From assembly GCA_964621025.1 (NCBI GenBank), contig CAZUKQ010000003.1:1991-65990 (forward strand): a DNA stretch of 64,000 nucleotides. The letters run 5' to 3'. This DNA comes from Candidatus Woesearchaeota archaeon. GTDB lineage: Archaea; Nanobdellota; Nanobdellia; Pacearchaeales; GW2011-AR1. The notes below the pieces were generated by a model that ran no database searches, had not been told where the DNA came from, and worked only from the letters and a program-made list of their open reading frames with translations. This document shows positions 36,201 to 44,170 of the stretch, piece by piece (position 1 is the first letter of the stretch; every line of letters starts with the position of its first letter). A program made the translations under genes and the position numbers.

Positions 36201-38910
36201 TAAGAGGAACAATTCCCCGATCATCTTCTTCTTTCAAAGTACTATATTCTTTAGCTGCAGAATCCAAAGTAGTCATCTGTGCAATCGCTTGTTCTTTTAA
36301 CTTAGCATCTCCTTTAGCTTCTTGGTCTTTCCAGAATAAATATTCTTTAATTTGCTCAGTAGTCATGTCTTTCGCGCTAGCAGGTAAACTGGCACTATAC
36401 TCTGAAATTAAATTATTTTTTAACAATGTCTGGTTAATAGTTTTACCGTCGCTCATCATAGAATTCTTTTCAATTGCCTTTGCTTTTTCGTTGAAAGCGC
36501 CTACACTAGCTGTTCCCGTTTTAACAGCATCATCAATCTGTGTTGACATAGCATTGTAACATTCAGATAAAGTTGAGTAAGTTCTTTGTGCAACTTTTTC
36601 TTGACAAATCAACTTGTATTTTTCCATAACATTTTTTCTTGCAATTGATTCTCCACTTAAACCAGAAGCAAAATTACTCATCACCATAAATGCAGAAGTT
36701 GCAAAACAAGCTCCTTTCCAGGCAGTAACTAATTTTCCAAGTTTGTCAACTCTCTCTTGCCAATCATTAATTGACTTATTCAAATTTTTAATCATCTCTT
36801 CAGTCTTAGCAGGAGAAAGCTCTATACTTCTCTTTTCAATCCCAATATTAAATGTAAAGTTTGCTTCTGTCTTTGTGTTATCTACTCTTGGAAGAATAGA
36901 AACCGAAACTTCTTCTTCGACATTTATATCTCTAACATAAACAGTCACGCCACCAAGAACTTCCGAGTTCTTTTCACTTGTACTGTCGCCGTAAAGTCTT
37001 ACAGACTTGTTTGAATATTTTCCTTTAACATTGTCCGCAAAAGTCAAATCAACATAAGTAGGAGTAATTTTTTTTACTAAAATGAAAGGACAATTTGAAA
37101 TATTTGTCTTCACAGCACCACTCACACAAATTTCATCACCCTCTCCAACCCCGTCTTTAATATTGAAGTCAACATTTTTTATGTCTGAAGTTACTGGCTT
37201 GAATTCTTCAGCAAGAATATAAGAGTACTTATTATTAACATAAACTCCTTTTCCTGCATTAGTAATATCAAATTTTCCTAAAACTTCTATCTGAGTTTCG
37301 GCACTTCTTGCCTCTAAACTTGCAGGATATTTTTCAATAAGCATTTCCAAAGCTTCTCTCTGGCTTTTATACTGCCCTAGCTCTCCAGCAGCCCTAGCAT
37401 ATTCTACCAAAGCTTTCTTCGCATATTCTGAACCTGCTAAATCTTGTTCATTGCTAAATTTATCTAAAGCACTCTCCCACGCCTCTTTTGCTGCAGTAAA
37501 GTTTCCTTGAACATTTACTTGACCTTCTAGTGATTTATCTTCTTTTGTCGACGCTAATCCTTCAAAACCATTTTCTCCCTTCAGAACTACTTTAACACTT
37601 TCTTTTTTTCCAAGCTTACTAATTAACTTATCCTTGAAATCCTCAAAAGTAAATTTTGTAGCAGAAGTTCCTAACAAATTAACTGCACTAACTGCTCTTG
37701 CTAAATATTTTGCATCTAGTTCTTTATCTGATTTAACTAATATTGCGAACTCTGTCTCTTTATCTTTTGGTATTATTTTAGAAGATAAATTTCCAACATA
37801 AGCCAAATACCAATCTTCTTTTGCAACAGCTCCTTTCTCAATCAACTTTCCAACTTCCTTTGTTTCTCCATTAAATAATGCGCCCCATCTTGATAAAATT
37901 AAATTGAAAGTACTGCTACCAGGACAATAAATTGAAACACTTCCAGTTCCATCAGCAGAAGGAATTAAACTCTTAACTTGGCATTTACCGTTCAGGAATT
38001 TTGTTCCTTTTGTTGCCCAAACTACTTCATCTCCAACGGACAATTTAACTTTATCAACTGCTGCATCTAAAGCATTTAATCTAACTTGCAAACCGGCATT
38101 ACAATATAAACCGGGAAAGAACACTTCATTTGAAGTCTCTCCTTTTTTCAAGTTAACTTTTTGTAATAATCTACTTTCATCAGTATAAAGACCAATTTCT
38201 GCTGTTTCTCCATCAGTAGATAAAAGCCTAGCATAACCTTTTCCATTCCAGAAACCATAACTTTTATATTCTTCACTCCAGTTCTCATCAGAGATAAGGG
38301 GTAATAAGAATTCTGCTTGACCAACACCAAAAGCTTCTTCAGCATCATATCTTATAGTTGCCGTCAAATTACCTTTAACTAACTCAGGCATATCTTTTTC
38401 TGCAGGAGTTCTCTTCAAGATTATAACCACATAACCAATATTATTCAATAAAGGACTTCCCAATAAATTTTCTCTAGTATTAACTGCAGCTCTTGCAGGA
38501 TGAAAACTTATTCCTGCTACGTTTGAAGGATAATCTCCTTTAAAGCTAATAGATTCGATTGAAGAAACTTTAATTAAAGGATTAACTTGTAATGCATCTA
38601 ACTGACAGAAAACTGGGACATTTTGTTCTTCCAATAAGTCACTTCTAACGACAGTAGGAGTACAACCTAACGGAGGAATAGCAACAAGAAAATCGTTTGA
38701 AGCCTGGCACTGTCCATTTTTCATGCTATCTAAAATAGGCCAGTAGGTACTAATCTGCTCTGAAGAATAATAATTACTGAAAGAAGGTTGGTAATATTGA
38801 CTTGTTCCCACACCGTTTGTTTGCCCTGCAAAATTATTTGAAGCAGCGAATGCAAAATTAACAAATAAGACAAATCCTAAAAAACCCAAAATCCACATTA
38901 TTTTTTTCAT
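33223..38910 (-). CDS. Giant secreted orphan protein (1895 aa) with a Cys-rich hydrophobic core and a C-terminal LysM-like segment
   Basis: It has a Sec signal (MKKIMWILGFLGFVLFVNFAFA|A). I recognise no catalytic or adhesin motif over most of its length. A Cys-dense region (CDPVICPPSRCNLGG...ICLTGVHAG...CEFFW) is encoded at ~35080-35440. A LysM-like GYDTIISDGSKTLAEISKKWGVNSNEVKALNP...AGSLKIP is encoded at ~33685-33855. Its ATG overlaps the upstream stop (ATGA at 38907-38910). Confidence 0.8.
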   Translation of the reverse strand: MKKIMWILGFLGFVLFVNFAFAASNNFAGQTNGVGTSQYYQPSFSNYYSSEQISTYWPILDSMKNGQCQASNDFLVAIPPLGCTPTVVRSDLLEEQNVPVFCQLDALQVNPLIKVSSIESISFKGDYPSNVAGISFHPARAAVNTRENLLGSPLLNNIGYVVIILKRTPAEKDMPELVKGNLTATIRYDAEEAFGVGQAEFLLPLISDENWSEEYKSYGFWNGKGYARLLSTDGETAEIGLYTDESRLLQKVNLKKGETSNEVFFPGLYCNAGLQVRLNALDAAVDKVKLSVGDEVVWATKGTKFLNGKCQVKSLIPSADGTGSVSIYCPGSSTFNLILSRWGALFNGETKEVGKLIEKGAVAKEDWYLAYVGNLSSKIIPKDKETEFAILVKSDKELDAKYLARAVSAVNLLGTSATKFTFEDFKDKLISKLGKKESVKVVLKGENGFEGLASTKEDKSLEGQVNVQGNFTAAKEAWESALDKFSNEQDLAGSEYAKKALVEYARAAGELGQYKSQREALEMLIEKYPASLEARSAETQIEVLGKFDITNAGKGVYVNNKYSYILAEEFKPVTSDIKNVDFNIKDGVGEGDEICVSGAVKTNISNCPFILVKKITPTYVDLTFADNVKGKYSNKSVRLYGDSTSEKNSEVLGGVTVYVRDINVEEEVSVSILPRVDNTKTEANFTFNIGIEKRSIELSPAKTEEMIKNLNKSINDWQERVDKLGKLVTAWKGACFATSAFMVMSNFASGLSGESIARKNVMEKYKLICQEKVAQRTYSTLSECYNAMSTQIDDAVKTGTASVGAFNEKAKAIEKNSMMSDGKTINQTLLKNNLISEYSASLPASAKDMTTEQIKEYLFWKDQEAKGDAKLKEQAIAQMTTLDSAAKEYSTLKEEDDRGIVPLTSSTQLRTLRQGTAVSEAATKLKAAGIAIGPNQQVQVVSGSANQKYYVVIENESAASNRFVAKQVYAVSADGVVNPENLVGKTSTTADKDLTAQIRDATDIGSIRFVNSSCENPYKNSPVVKYYTVGVDKYLPSLVPFDEKKGWFVKVSQAGGGILSSNTNAYQASGAVSTYTVCNIGPNGLEENGLGDDICQTFYENNAVDEFGGCYGMTRSEVTNLKNRAQRAIQEAANQYGKTEVIINGQKFGSILASASDDGLGCYQFMSPTQCKTLFNVCDPVICPPSRCNLGGKYPVSNVIQSGIIGSLLLCLPNAREGIYVPICLTGVHAGLETYLSILKSEKACLQENLDSGKNVGICDEITSVYKCEFFWNQIAPIASSLVPTMFEMASGQKAARGGAEYMSVKSSWENMQGSIDYFKNSYAQNSFNAFKFKNIQEVGSEFCRANLGTSVPGGADLADGLLAPESPYQFYANFDESVFSDATLPSTSQYKVYYHIFAGNDQGVRYSVYLQNPPDSAYYHSNPIVTVKTGYVTKGESADEAIDFTAPSGYKELCVMINAKTECGFKTVSTSMAANYLTDKYVADQAKQTDVASEKECISGSPSVLAFATSPNLQAGAQGAVNPDVSLNGIVRVCATTNPGKTTNPDRWKQVGNCGNEKMLCWLDTKSVNETVSRVDAIEGITLSDAEKATTNLESNTKESYATVATKLVKLGDEIKAWKKDSDSSAIVAGLSEIIDGSGASNNQLANALYLKTIFHLNVVKAIKVETVQVAAKPTPGVSTVMAEVVGYDTIISDGSKTLAEISKKWGVNSNEVKALNPEIFTKSFLANPNALVPAGSLKIPRLEDTSSSTSMPVENKFEIKENKLSSNLLKKRGFLYENGQKLKYYFEEQESSEGYIIKEDAFLSLNGKEIATISLGDITYSKDVSSDFAAIWKRLVSFCDDNSNSLVYQGVEYCDDISDKLNTEIVSISDMFDETTESSNVKINSVPVSVTSP

Positions 38911-40754
38911 TTTGCAAACTCCAAATAGATTGTGGCATCTTCAACCTGCGTATAAACTGATTGTAATTCCTCAATGCTCTTCGGCGTTGGGAACAAAGGC
39001 ACATTAATATTTAATTCTTTTGACTCTTCTAACTGTCCTTGAGTGATATATTCTTCAGTTTTTCCCCCGCCTACTACTGCGGAATCAACACTTGTCGAAG
39101 GAAGATTTACATCAAAACATTTTTCTTCTTCTAATCCGAATAAAGCACCAGCACCTGAAACTGGAACAGTTACACATTTTCTATCATTACTTCCAGGGAA
39201 AGTTAAACTAGAATTTCTATAAACATAAACACTCACATTGTAATAGCTTTCAACAAGTTGAACCTTTTTTGTGTCTGGATAGAAAATTGTAGCAGAATAA
39301 TCATCTGAAGAAAAGCTAACAAGAGCTGAGTCAACAGTACCTAAATCTAAGCTTACATTAAATAATTTTTTCAAAACAACGGAAGTTTCTATCTCTGAAT
39401 TTGTTGAAACTTGCTTTTTAGCTTCGGCATATCCCTCTGCAGTTGCTAAAATAAATCCATTAACACATTGAGGAACTCCTCCATTGAAAGTAGCATCACC
39501 ACTTTCCAAACTAGTAGAACCAATATCACATTGCGAATTCAAACATTTAAATCTTAATTTTGATTCGACAGGATTCAAATCTAAATCGTAAGTTGAGATT
39601 TTCATTTCTTGATTTTTATACTTGCAAACTTCGGACTCAATTGATTCAGGCGTTCCACCATAAATTGCTTCTCTTGCCTGATTTTTACTTACAATTACTG
39701 AAACAGGAAATTGGAACAACTCATCGTTATCATAAAACTGAATCAAAACCGGAAAGTCAATATCATAAACGAAATGATAAGGAACATAACAGAATCCTAA
39801 AATTCCCATTCCTGCTTGCAGGCCCATAGGTTTAGCAACTTCATCGCCATAAATCTCAATTGTTGTTGGCCAAGTTGGAGAATAGATAAAGTTCACTTGT
39901 TCATCTACATTTTGTCCAATATCTGTTATAAAATATTTATTTGCTTTATCTGAAAGAGTATAGTAATTTCCTTTTAATCTTAAGTTAGCAACATTTGCAG
40001 AAAGGGCACTGACCAAATCTTCTTTTATTGTTTGCTTTACAAAAACTTTTGGAGCGCAACCAAGTTCCGTTCCATCAACAGGAGCATATAATCTCATAAC
40101 ATCCACAGCATAATTTTCTAAAAATGAAGTAGTCATTTCATGTTCAAAAACATCTGACGCCAAATTATAGAACTTACCTAGCTTGCTACTAACTGAAAAC
40201 TCTTGTGTATTTACCGTTGCTGTTTGTTCTTCGAAATCTATTCTAAAAGGACTGTCTATCAAAACATCAACTGTTCCTTCATTAATTTGTAATTGAACAC
40301 TTCCTTTTTCAAAATAAACATCATATCCTTGCGCATAATATTCAGAGAAATCACAATTGTCTAAATTTTCTTCCAAATATCTTTCCAATTCATTTTCCAT
40401 AGAAGACAAAGTTGGTTTTTGTTTTGCTAAAATATTATTTCCAGAAACATACATCCAATAAGGAACTGGCTGACCAAAAAAGTCTAGTTGCGAAGAGAAA
40501 GGCATGTAAGAACTTCCAGGAACAAACTCTAAATCGTTCACATAGATATAACCTGCTTGTTCTCCCAGCAATGAAATTCCTTGTCGTGTATGTTGTTCTA
40601 AACAAGATTGATAGTATTCATAAACTGGTTGCATATTTTTTGGTAAAGAAGAAACATTTGAAGGTCTCAAAAGAAAATATGCTATTACTCCGCCGACGAT
40701 TAAAATTGCTAAAATAATAAAAATTGTTACTTGACCTTTCCTCTTTTTCACCAT
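38907..40754 (-). CDS. Large protein (615 aa) with a prepilin-type (class III) N-terminus; first gene of the cluster
   Basis: The N-terminus MVKKRKG|QVTIFIILAILIVGGVIAYFLL has a K-G-Q cleavage-type motif. The ectodomain is unrecognised. An A/T-rich TATA block lies at 40775-40796. Confidence 0.7.
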   Translation of the reverse strand: MVKKRKGQVTIFIILAILIVGGVIAYFLLRPSNVSSLPKNMQPVYEYYQSCLEQHTRQGISLLGEQAGYIYVNDLEFVPGSSYMPFSSQLDFFGQPVPYWMYVSGNNILAKQKPTLSSMENELERYLEENLDNCDFSEYYAQGYDVYFEKGSVQLQINEGTVDVLIDSPFRIDFEEQTATVNTQEFSVSSKLGKFYNLASDVFEHEMTTSFLENYAVDVMRLYAPVDGTELGCAPKVFVKQTIKEDLVSALSANVANLRLKGNYYTLSDKANKYFITDIGQNVDEQVNFIYSPTWPTTIEIYGDEVAKPMGLQAGMGILGFCYVPYHFVYDIDFPVLIQFYDNDELFQFPVSVIVSKNQAREAIYGGTPESIESEVCKYKNQEMKISTYDLDLNPVESKLRFKCLNSQCDIGSTSLESGDATFNGGVPQCVNGFILATAEGYAEAKKQVSTNSEIETSVVLKKLFNVSLDLGTVDSALVSFSSDDYSATIFYPDTKKVQLVESYYNVSVYVYRNSSLTFPGSNDRKCVTVPVSGAGALFGLEEEKCFDVNLPSTSVDSAVVGGGKTEEYITQGQLEESKELNINVPLFPTPKSIEELQSVYTQVEDATIYLEFAK

Positions 40755-40774
40755 GGGAAATAGAAAGAATCATG

Positions 40775-40796
40775 ATATATAAATATATTTATAAAA
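40775..40796 (-). promoter_or_regulatory. Putative TATA/BRE region for the 40754->27599 surface-protein cluster
   Basis: Minus-sense TTTTATAAATATATTTATATAT lies 21-42 nt upstream of the ATG at 40754. Confidence 0.4.
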
Positions 40797-40838
40797 CAAT
40801 ATAACCGTTGATATTTGTCTTTCTTTGAGAGACTTACT

Positions 40839-40911
40839 GATCCCATGGTCTAGTGGTTATGACGCTTCCTTGACGTGGAAGAGATCCCCAGTTCAAACCT
40901 GGGTGGGATCA
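40839..40911 (+). tRNA. tRNA-Val (GAC)
   Basis: GATCCCA-TG-GTCT-AGTGGTTAT-GAC-G-CTTCC-TTGACGT-GGAAG-AGATC-CCCAG-TTCAAAC-CTGGG-TGGGATC-A. Confidence 0.9.
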
Positions 40912-41178
40912 TTTTTTCTTTCCGCCTTTCACCTGTCCCCAATTATCCTCAACAAATTCTACATTCAAACTTTCAACATCAATCTTCGCCAGATGTAACA
41001 TTTCATCAAACAAAACCTTTGGGAGCAATCTTCTTTCAGTATAATAATTCTTCAGAGCAGAATACCTCATTGAAAATCCGAATTGTAAAAGTCCTCGAAT
41101 TGAAGGCGAAGAAAGATTCAATCTAACTAAATCTAAGAATTCTTTCTGCTTGCCTTTTCTAAACTTAACACGGACCAT
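40909..41178 (-). CDS. Hypothetical small protein, 89 aa
   Basis: ORF with basic termini and no recognisable motif. Its 3' end overlaps the last 3 nt of tRNA-Val. Confidence 0.4.
   Translation of the reverse strand: MVRVKFRKGKQKEFLDLVRLNLSSPSIRGLLQFGFSMRYSALKNYYTERRLLPKVLFDEMLHLAKIDVESLNVEFVEDNWGQVKGGKKK
40912..40917 (+). terminator. Oligo-T tract immediately after tRNA-Val
   Basis: TTTTTT starts 1 nt after the discriminator base. Oligo-T is the usual archaeal termination signal. Confidence 0.4.
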
Positions 41179-41205
41179 AAATTAACTGCGACACCATACT
41201 ATAAA

Positions 41206-41219
41206 AAACTTTATAAAGC
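41206..41219 (+). promoter_or_regulatory. BRE/TATA-like promoter of rpl44e
   Basis: AAACTTTATAAAGC is centred ~25 nt upstream of the ATG at 41239, which implies a leaderless or near-leaderless mRNA. Confidence 0.5.
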
Positions 41220-41238
41220 AACATTTTCAATCAAACTT

Positions 41239-41553
41239 ATGGCAAAATTACCAAAGACAACAAAAAGATACTGTCCTTACTGTAACAAGAGAACTGACCA
41301 AAAAATCAAACAAGTTAGCTCTGGTGGTAAAAGAGGTGCTTTGAAGCGTGGTGGTATGGTTAGAGCTAAACTAAGAGGATTAGGTATTGGTATGGGTAAC
41401 AAAGGTAAATGGGGTTCCAAACCGGCTGTAACAAAATTCAAAAGAAAAACTAAAACAACTAAAAAACCACAAATACTTTTCACATGTTCTGTTTGCGGAA
41501 AAGGCAAGAACCAGAAGAAAGGTAAAAGAATGGGTAAATTAGTAATAGAATAA
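41239..41553 (+). CDS. rpl44e: 50S ribosomal protein L44e (eL42)
   Basis: PKTTKRYCPYCNKRTDQK...KTKTTKKPQILFTCSVCGK shows the CxxC...CxxC zinc ribbon and basic composition typical of eL42. Confidence 0.88.
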   Translation: MAKLPKTTKRYCPYCNKRTDQKIKQVSSGGKRGALKRGGMVRAKLRGLGIGMGNKGKWGSKPAVTKFKRKTKTTKKPQILFTCSVCGKGKNQKKGKRMGKLVIE

Positions 41554-41554
41554 A

Positions 41555-42247
41555 ATGGCAATGAAGAAAAAATTCCTTGAAATAGAAAGCCCAATAACAA
41601 ATGAAACCATCGAGATTCTAGGAACACCTGAAGAATTACACAAAAAAACAATCAAATTAGACCTATCTAGAAAGATGAGGGGAAAAGGTGTTGAAGTAGT
41701 TCTTGAAGTAGAAAACAAAAACGGAGAAATGAAGGCTTATCCTAAAAGAATAGAACTTGTTAGAGCAAGCATTTCAAGAATGATGAGAAAAAGAATCAAC
41801 TACGTTGAAGATTCCTTCGAAATATCCTGTTCAGATATAACTGCTAGAATCAAACCTTTCTTATTAACAAGAAAGAAAGTTTCCAGAGCTGTAAGAAACA
41901 ATTTAAGAAAAACAACAAAAGAATTCTTAATAACCTACGCTAAAGACAAAACATATTTAGAAATTACTTCCGATGTATTAAGCACAAACTTGCAAAAAGC
42001 AATGATTCCAGTATTGAAAAAAATCTATCCATTATCTCTTTGTGAAATCAGAGTTATCGAAACAAAAGATTTAGCTAAAGCTAACAAAGAAATAAAAAGA
42101 ATAGTTCCTATTCAAGCTGACGAAGAAGTTGAAGAAGAATTAGAACAACTTCAATCTCAAGACGAAGAAATAAAGGAAGCAGAAGAAAAAAAGGCGAAGA
42201 AAAAAGCAAAGAAGGAAGAAACTTCTGAAGATGAAGATGACGAATAA
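41555..42247 (+). CDS. rps3ae: 30S ribosomal protein S3Ae (eS1) with an acidic/K-rich C-terminal extension
   Basis: The pattern LTRKKVSRAVRNNLRK...LKKIYPLSLCEIRVIE (KKIYPL...EIR) matches S3Ae. It lies immediately downstream of rpl44e. Confidence 0.75.
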   Translation: MAMKKKFLEIESPITNETIEILGTPEELHKKTIKLDLSRKMRGKGVEVVLEVENKNGEMKAYPKRIELVRASISRMMRKRINYVEDSFEISCSDITARIKPFLLTRKKVSRAVRNNLRKTTKEFLITYAKDKTYLEITSDVLSTNLQKAMIPVLKKIYPLSLCEIRVIETKDLAKANKEIKRIVPIQADEEVEEELEQLQSQDEEIKEAEEKKAKKKAKKEETSEDEDDE

Positions 42248-42752
42248 AGAGGCTTGCCTAGTTCTTATAAAACCTGATGGATTATTAAAAAGTATTACTG
42301 GAAATATTATCAATGAACTTTCTACTACAAAATTAAAGATTATAGGGGCAAAAGTTGTTCATGTTAAAAGAGATTTGGCTGAAAAACATTATTCAAAATT
42401 AAAAGAAGAAAAAGGCGAAGAAATATTTGAAGCAACTTTAAAGTATATTACTGGAGAATATCACACCGACAGAGTTTTAGCTCTAATTTACCAAGGTGAA
42501 GATGCTTGTAAAAAGATAAGAGAAGTTGCTGGTTCAACAAATCCTGAAAAAGCAGACCCTACTACAATCAGAGGGAGATACGGAAGAATTCACAGCAAAA
42601 CAGGGGTTTTCGAAAATTGTTTACACGCATCGGACGGTCCAGAAAATGCAGAAAAAGAAATAAAAATTTGGTTTACACCATCGGAAATAGCTGAAGAACT
42701 TTATCCAACAAAAACAGAGAGAAAACAAGTTGATATTGTTGATTGGAAATAA
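42231..42752 (+). CDS. ndk: Nucleoside diphosphate kinase
   Basis: LVLIKPDG, AEKHY, TIRGRYG and NCLHASDGPENAEKEIKIWF (catalytic His context) are present. The start may be 42231 or 42237. It overlaps the rps3ae 3' end. Confidence 0.8.
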   Translation: MKMTNKEACLVLIKPDGLLKSITGNIINELSTTKLKIIGAKVVHVKRDLAEKHYSKLKEEKGEEIFEATLKYITGEYHTDRVLALIYQGEDACKKIREVAGSTNPEKADPTTIRGRYGRIHSKTGVFENCLHASDGPENAEKEIKIWFTPSEIAEELYPTKTERKQVDIVDWK

Positions 42753-42755
42753 ATT

Positions 42756-43157
42756 CTAAAAGTACAAATAATTTTCTGCCAAACGTATTCCTTCTTGTTG
42801 ATTATTTTTTGCTTTTTCTAATCTTAAGTAAACATCCGTTCTTCCTTCAAAATCTTCAATAGGTAAAAAATATCCCTTTTTATTTTTGTAATCATAAATT
42901 CCAAAGAAATCAATTTCTTTTTTTGTATATTTTTTTACTTGCCAGTTATTGGAAGACTTTAACCTACATACAACTGCGCCATTTATTGGACAAGTAGTTT
43001 TTACCTGAACTCTTTTAAATTCACCATCTTTCTCTATCAATAAATCTACCGGACTATCTTCGCCATAGGGAAGAAAAATATTCCAACCCTTTCTTATAAA
43101 CTCTGCAGCAAATCTCAATTCTCCTTCTTTGGCTATTTGTTTTTTAGGAATTCCCAT
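42756..43157 (-). CDS. PD-(D/E)xK nuclease-fold protein (putative)
   Basis: GEDSPVDLLIEKDGEFKRVQVKT fits a D...(D/E)-x-K core as seen in small archaeal endonuclease-like proteins. Size is 133 aa. Confidence 0.45.
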   Translation of the reverse strand: MGIPKKQIAKEGELRFAAEFIRKGWNIFLPYGEDSPVDLLIEKDGEFKRVQVKTTCPINGAVVCRLKSSNNWQVKKYTKKEIDFFGIYDYKNKKGYFLPIEDFEGRTDVYLRLEKAKNNQQEGIRLAENYLYF

Positions 43158-43247
43158 ACTTACAACATACTATGTTGGTGGTGTATTTATATCTTTCTAA
43201 AAAGCTAATAAAAACATTTAAAAAACGATTTGTCGAAGTAATTTTAT

Positions 43248-43343
43248 GCCTGCATAGCTCAGTTGTTAGAGCACGAGTTTTGTATATACTCAACTTTATA
43301 TCAAAAAAACTCGGGGTCGGGGGTTAGAATCCCTCTGCAGGCT
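43248..43343 (+). tRNA. tRNA-Thr (TGT) with a 23-nt intron at the canonical 37/38 position (~43285-43307)
   Basis: GCCTGCA-TA-GCTC-AGTTGTTA-GAGC-A-CGAGT-TTTGTA[intron TATACTCAACTTTATATCAAAAA]A-ACTCG-GGGTC-GGGGG-TTAGAAT-CCCTC-TGCAGGC-T. The intron contains ACTC, which can re-pair with exon GAGT as expected for a bulge-helix-bulge substrate. Confidence 0.8.
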
Positions 43344-43396
43344 TTCAACTATTCCTTAAAATTTATTTTTGAAAACCACACGAAGTTTCAGGCTTT

Positions 43397-44155
43397 CTAC
43401 TTTTTATCAACAGTTGTAAACTGGGAAGAAATAAAATCACTCACTACTTTCTCTTTGGTTTGGAAAAAGAAGAAACCATAGTCCTTCAGAACACTGTTTG
43501 CGATACTATTAAGATGTGCTGTTGAATCATCTGAAAAACCAATTTTCAACTCAACTTTTCCTTTAAAATTATCTTCAACGAACTTAGCCAAATATTTTCT
43601 AAACTCTCTAAAAACTATTGCTTTTATTTCGCTCACTGATTTGTCTTTTCCATACTTTTCTTTTAGAGGGGGATAAGTAGTTGGATAAAATTTACAATAA
43701 CTTAGATAAATTTCGAAGATTTCCTCAAGAGATTTATTTGTAATTTTATCTTTGAATTTTTCCTTGAATACTTCAACAAATTCCTTCAACTGCTCTTCCT
43801 TCAATTCTTCTAAAAGTTTTCTCTTTAATCCCTCTTTCAAGACTTCTGGACTATGGCCTCTCGCAGTGATTATCGCGAAGATACTTGCATGCTTAGTAAT
43901 ACACTCAATAAGATAAGGCCAACTTCCAGCATCTTTCGAAATTTTTATATCTTTCAGAAATTGTTCATCGTCAGCAAAATTCTTAAAGGATTCTGAAATT
44001 ACTTTCAATTTTAATTCGTCTAATTTCGTTCTAATTTCCTCAAAATCTTTGGTGTTATACTCTTTCTTTTTGCCTTTCGCTGTTTCTAGAACTATTTTTG
44101 TCGGTAAAACCAGCAAGTTATCATCCAAATCGAAACTGTAGGCCTTGTATTCCAT
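43397..44155 (-). CDS. HAD-superfamily hydrolase-like protein
   Basis: Motif I is FDLDDNLL (DxDxN/T), motif II-like is AIITARG, and a late GFSDDS resembles motif IV. Size is 252 aa. Confidence 0.45.
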   Translation of the reverse strand: MEYKAYSFDLDDNLLVLPTKIVLETAKGKKKEYNTKDFEEIRTKLDELKLKVISESFKNFADDEQFLKDIKISKDAGSWPYLIECITKHASIFAIITARGHSPEVLKEGLKRKLLEELKEEQLKEFVEVFKEKFKDKITNKSLEEIFEIYLSYCKFYPTTYPPLKEKYGKDKSVSEIKAIVFREFRKYLAKFVEDNFKGKVELKIGFSDDSTAHLNSIANSVLKDYGFFFFQTKEKVVSDFISSQFTTVDKK

Positions 44156-44170
44156 TTAAATTTCAAAGAA

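Noticed and set aside
41277-41651. 124-aa minus-strand ORF over rpl44e and rps3ae
   Set aside because: It is antisense to two confidently identified ribosomal protein genes.
43263-43481. 72-aa plus-strand ORF
   Set aside because: It starts inside the intron-containing tRNA-Thr gene and runs antisense into the HAD-like gene.
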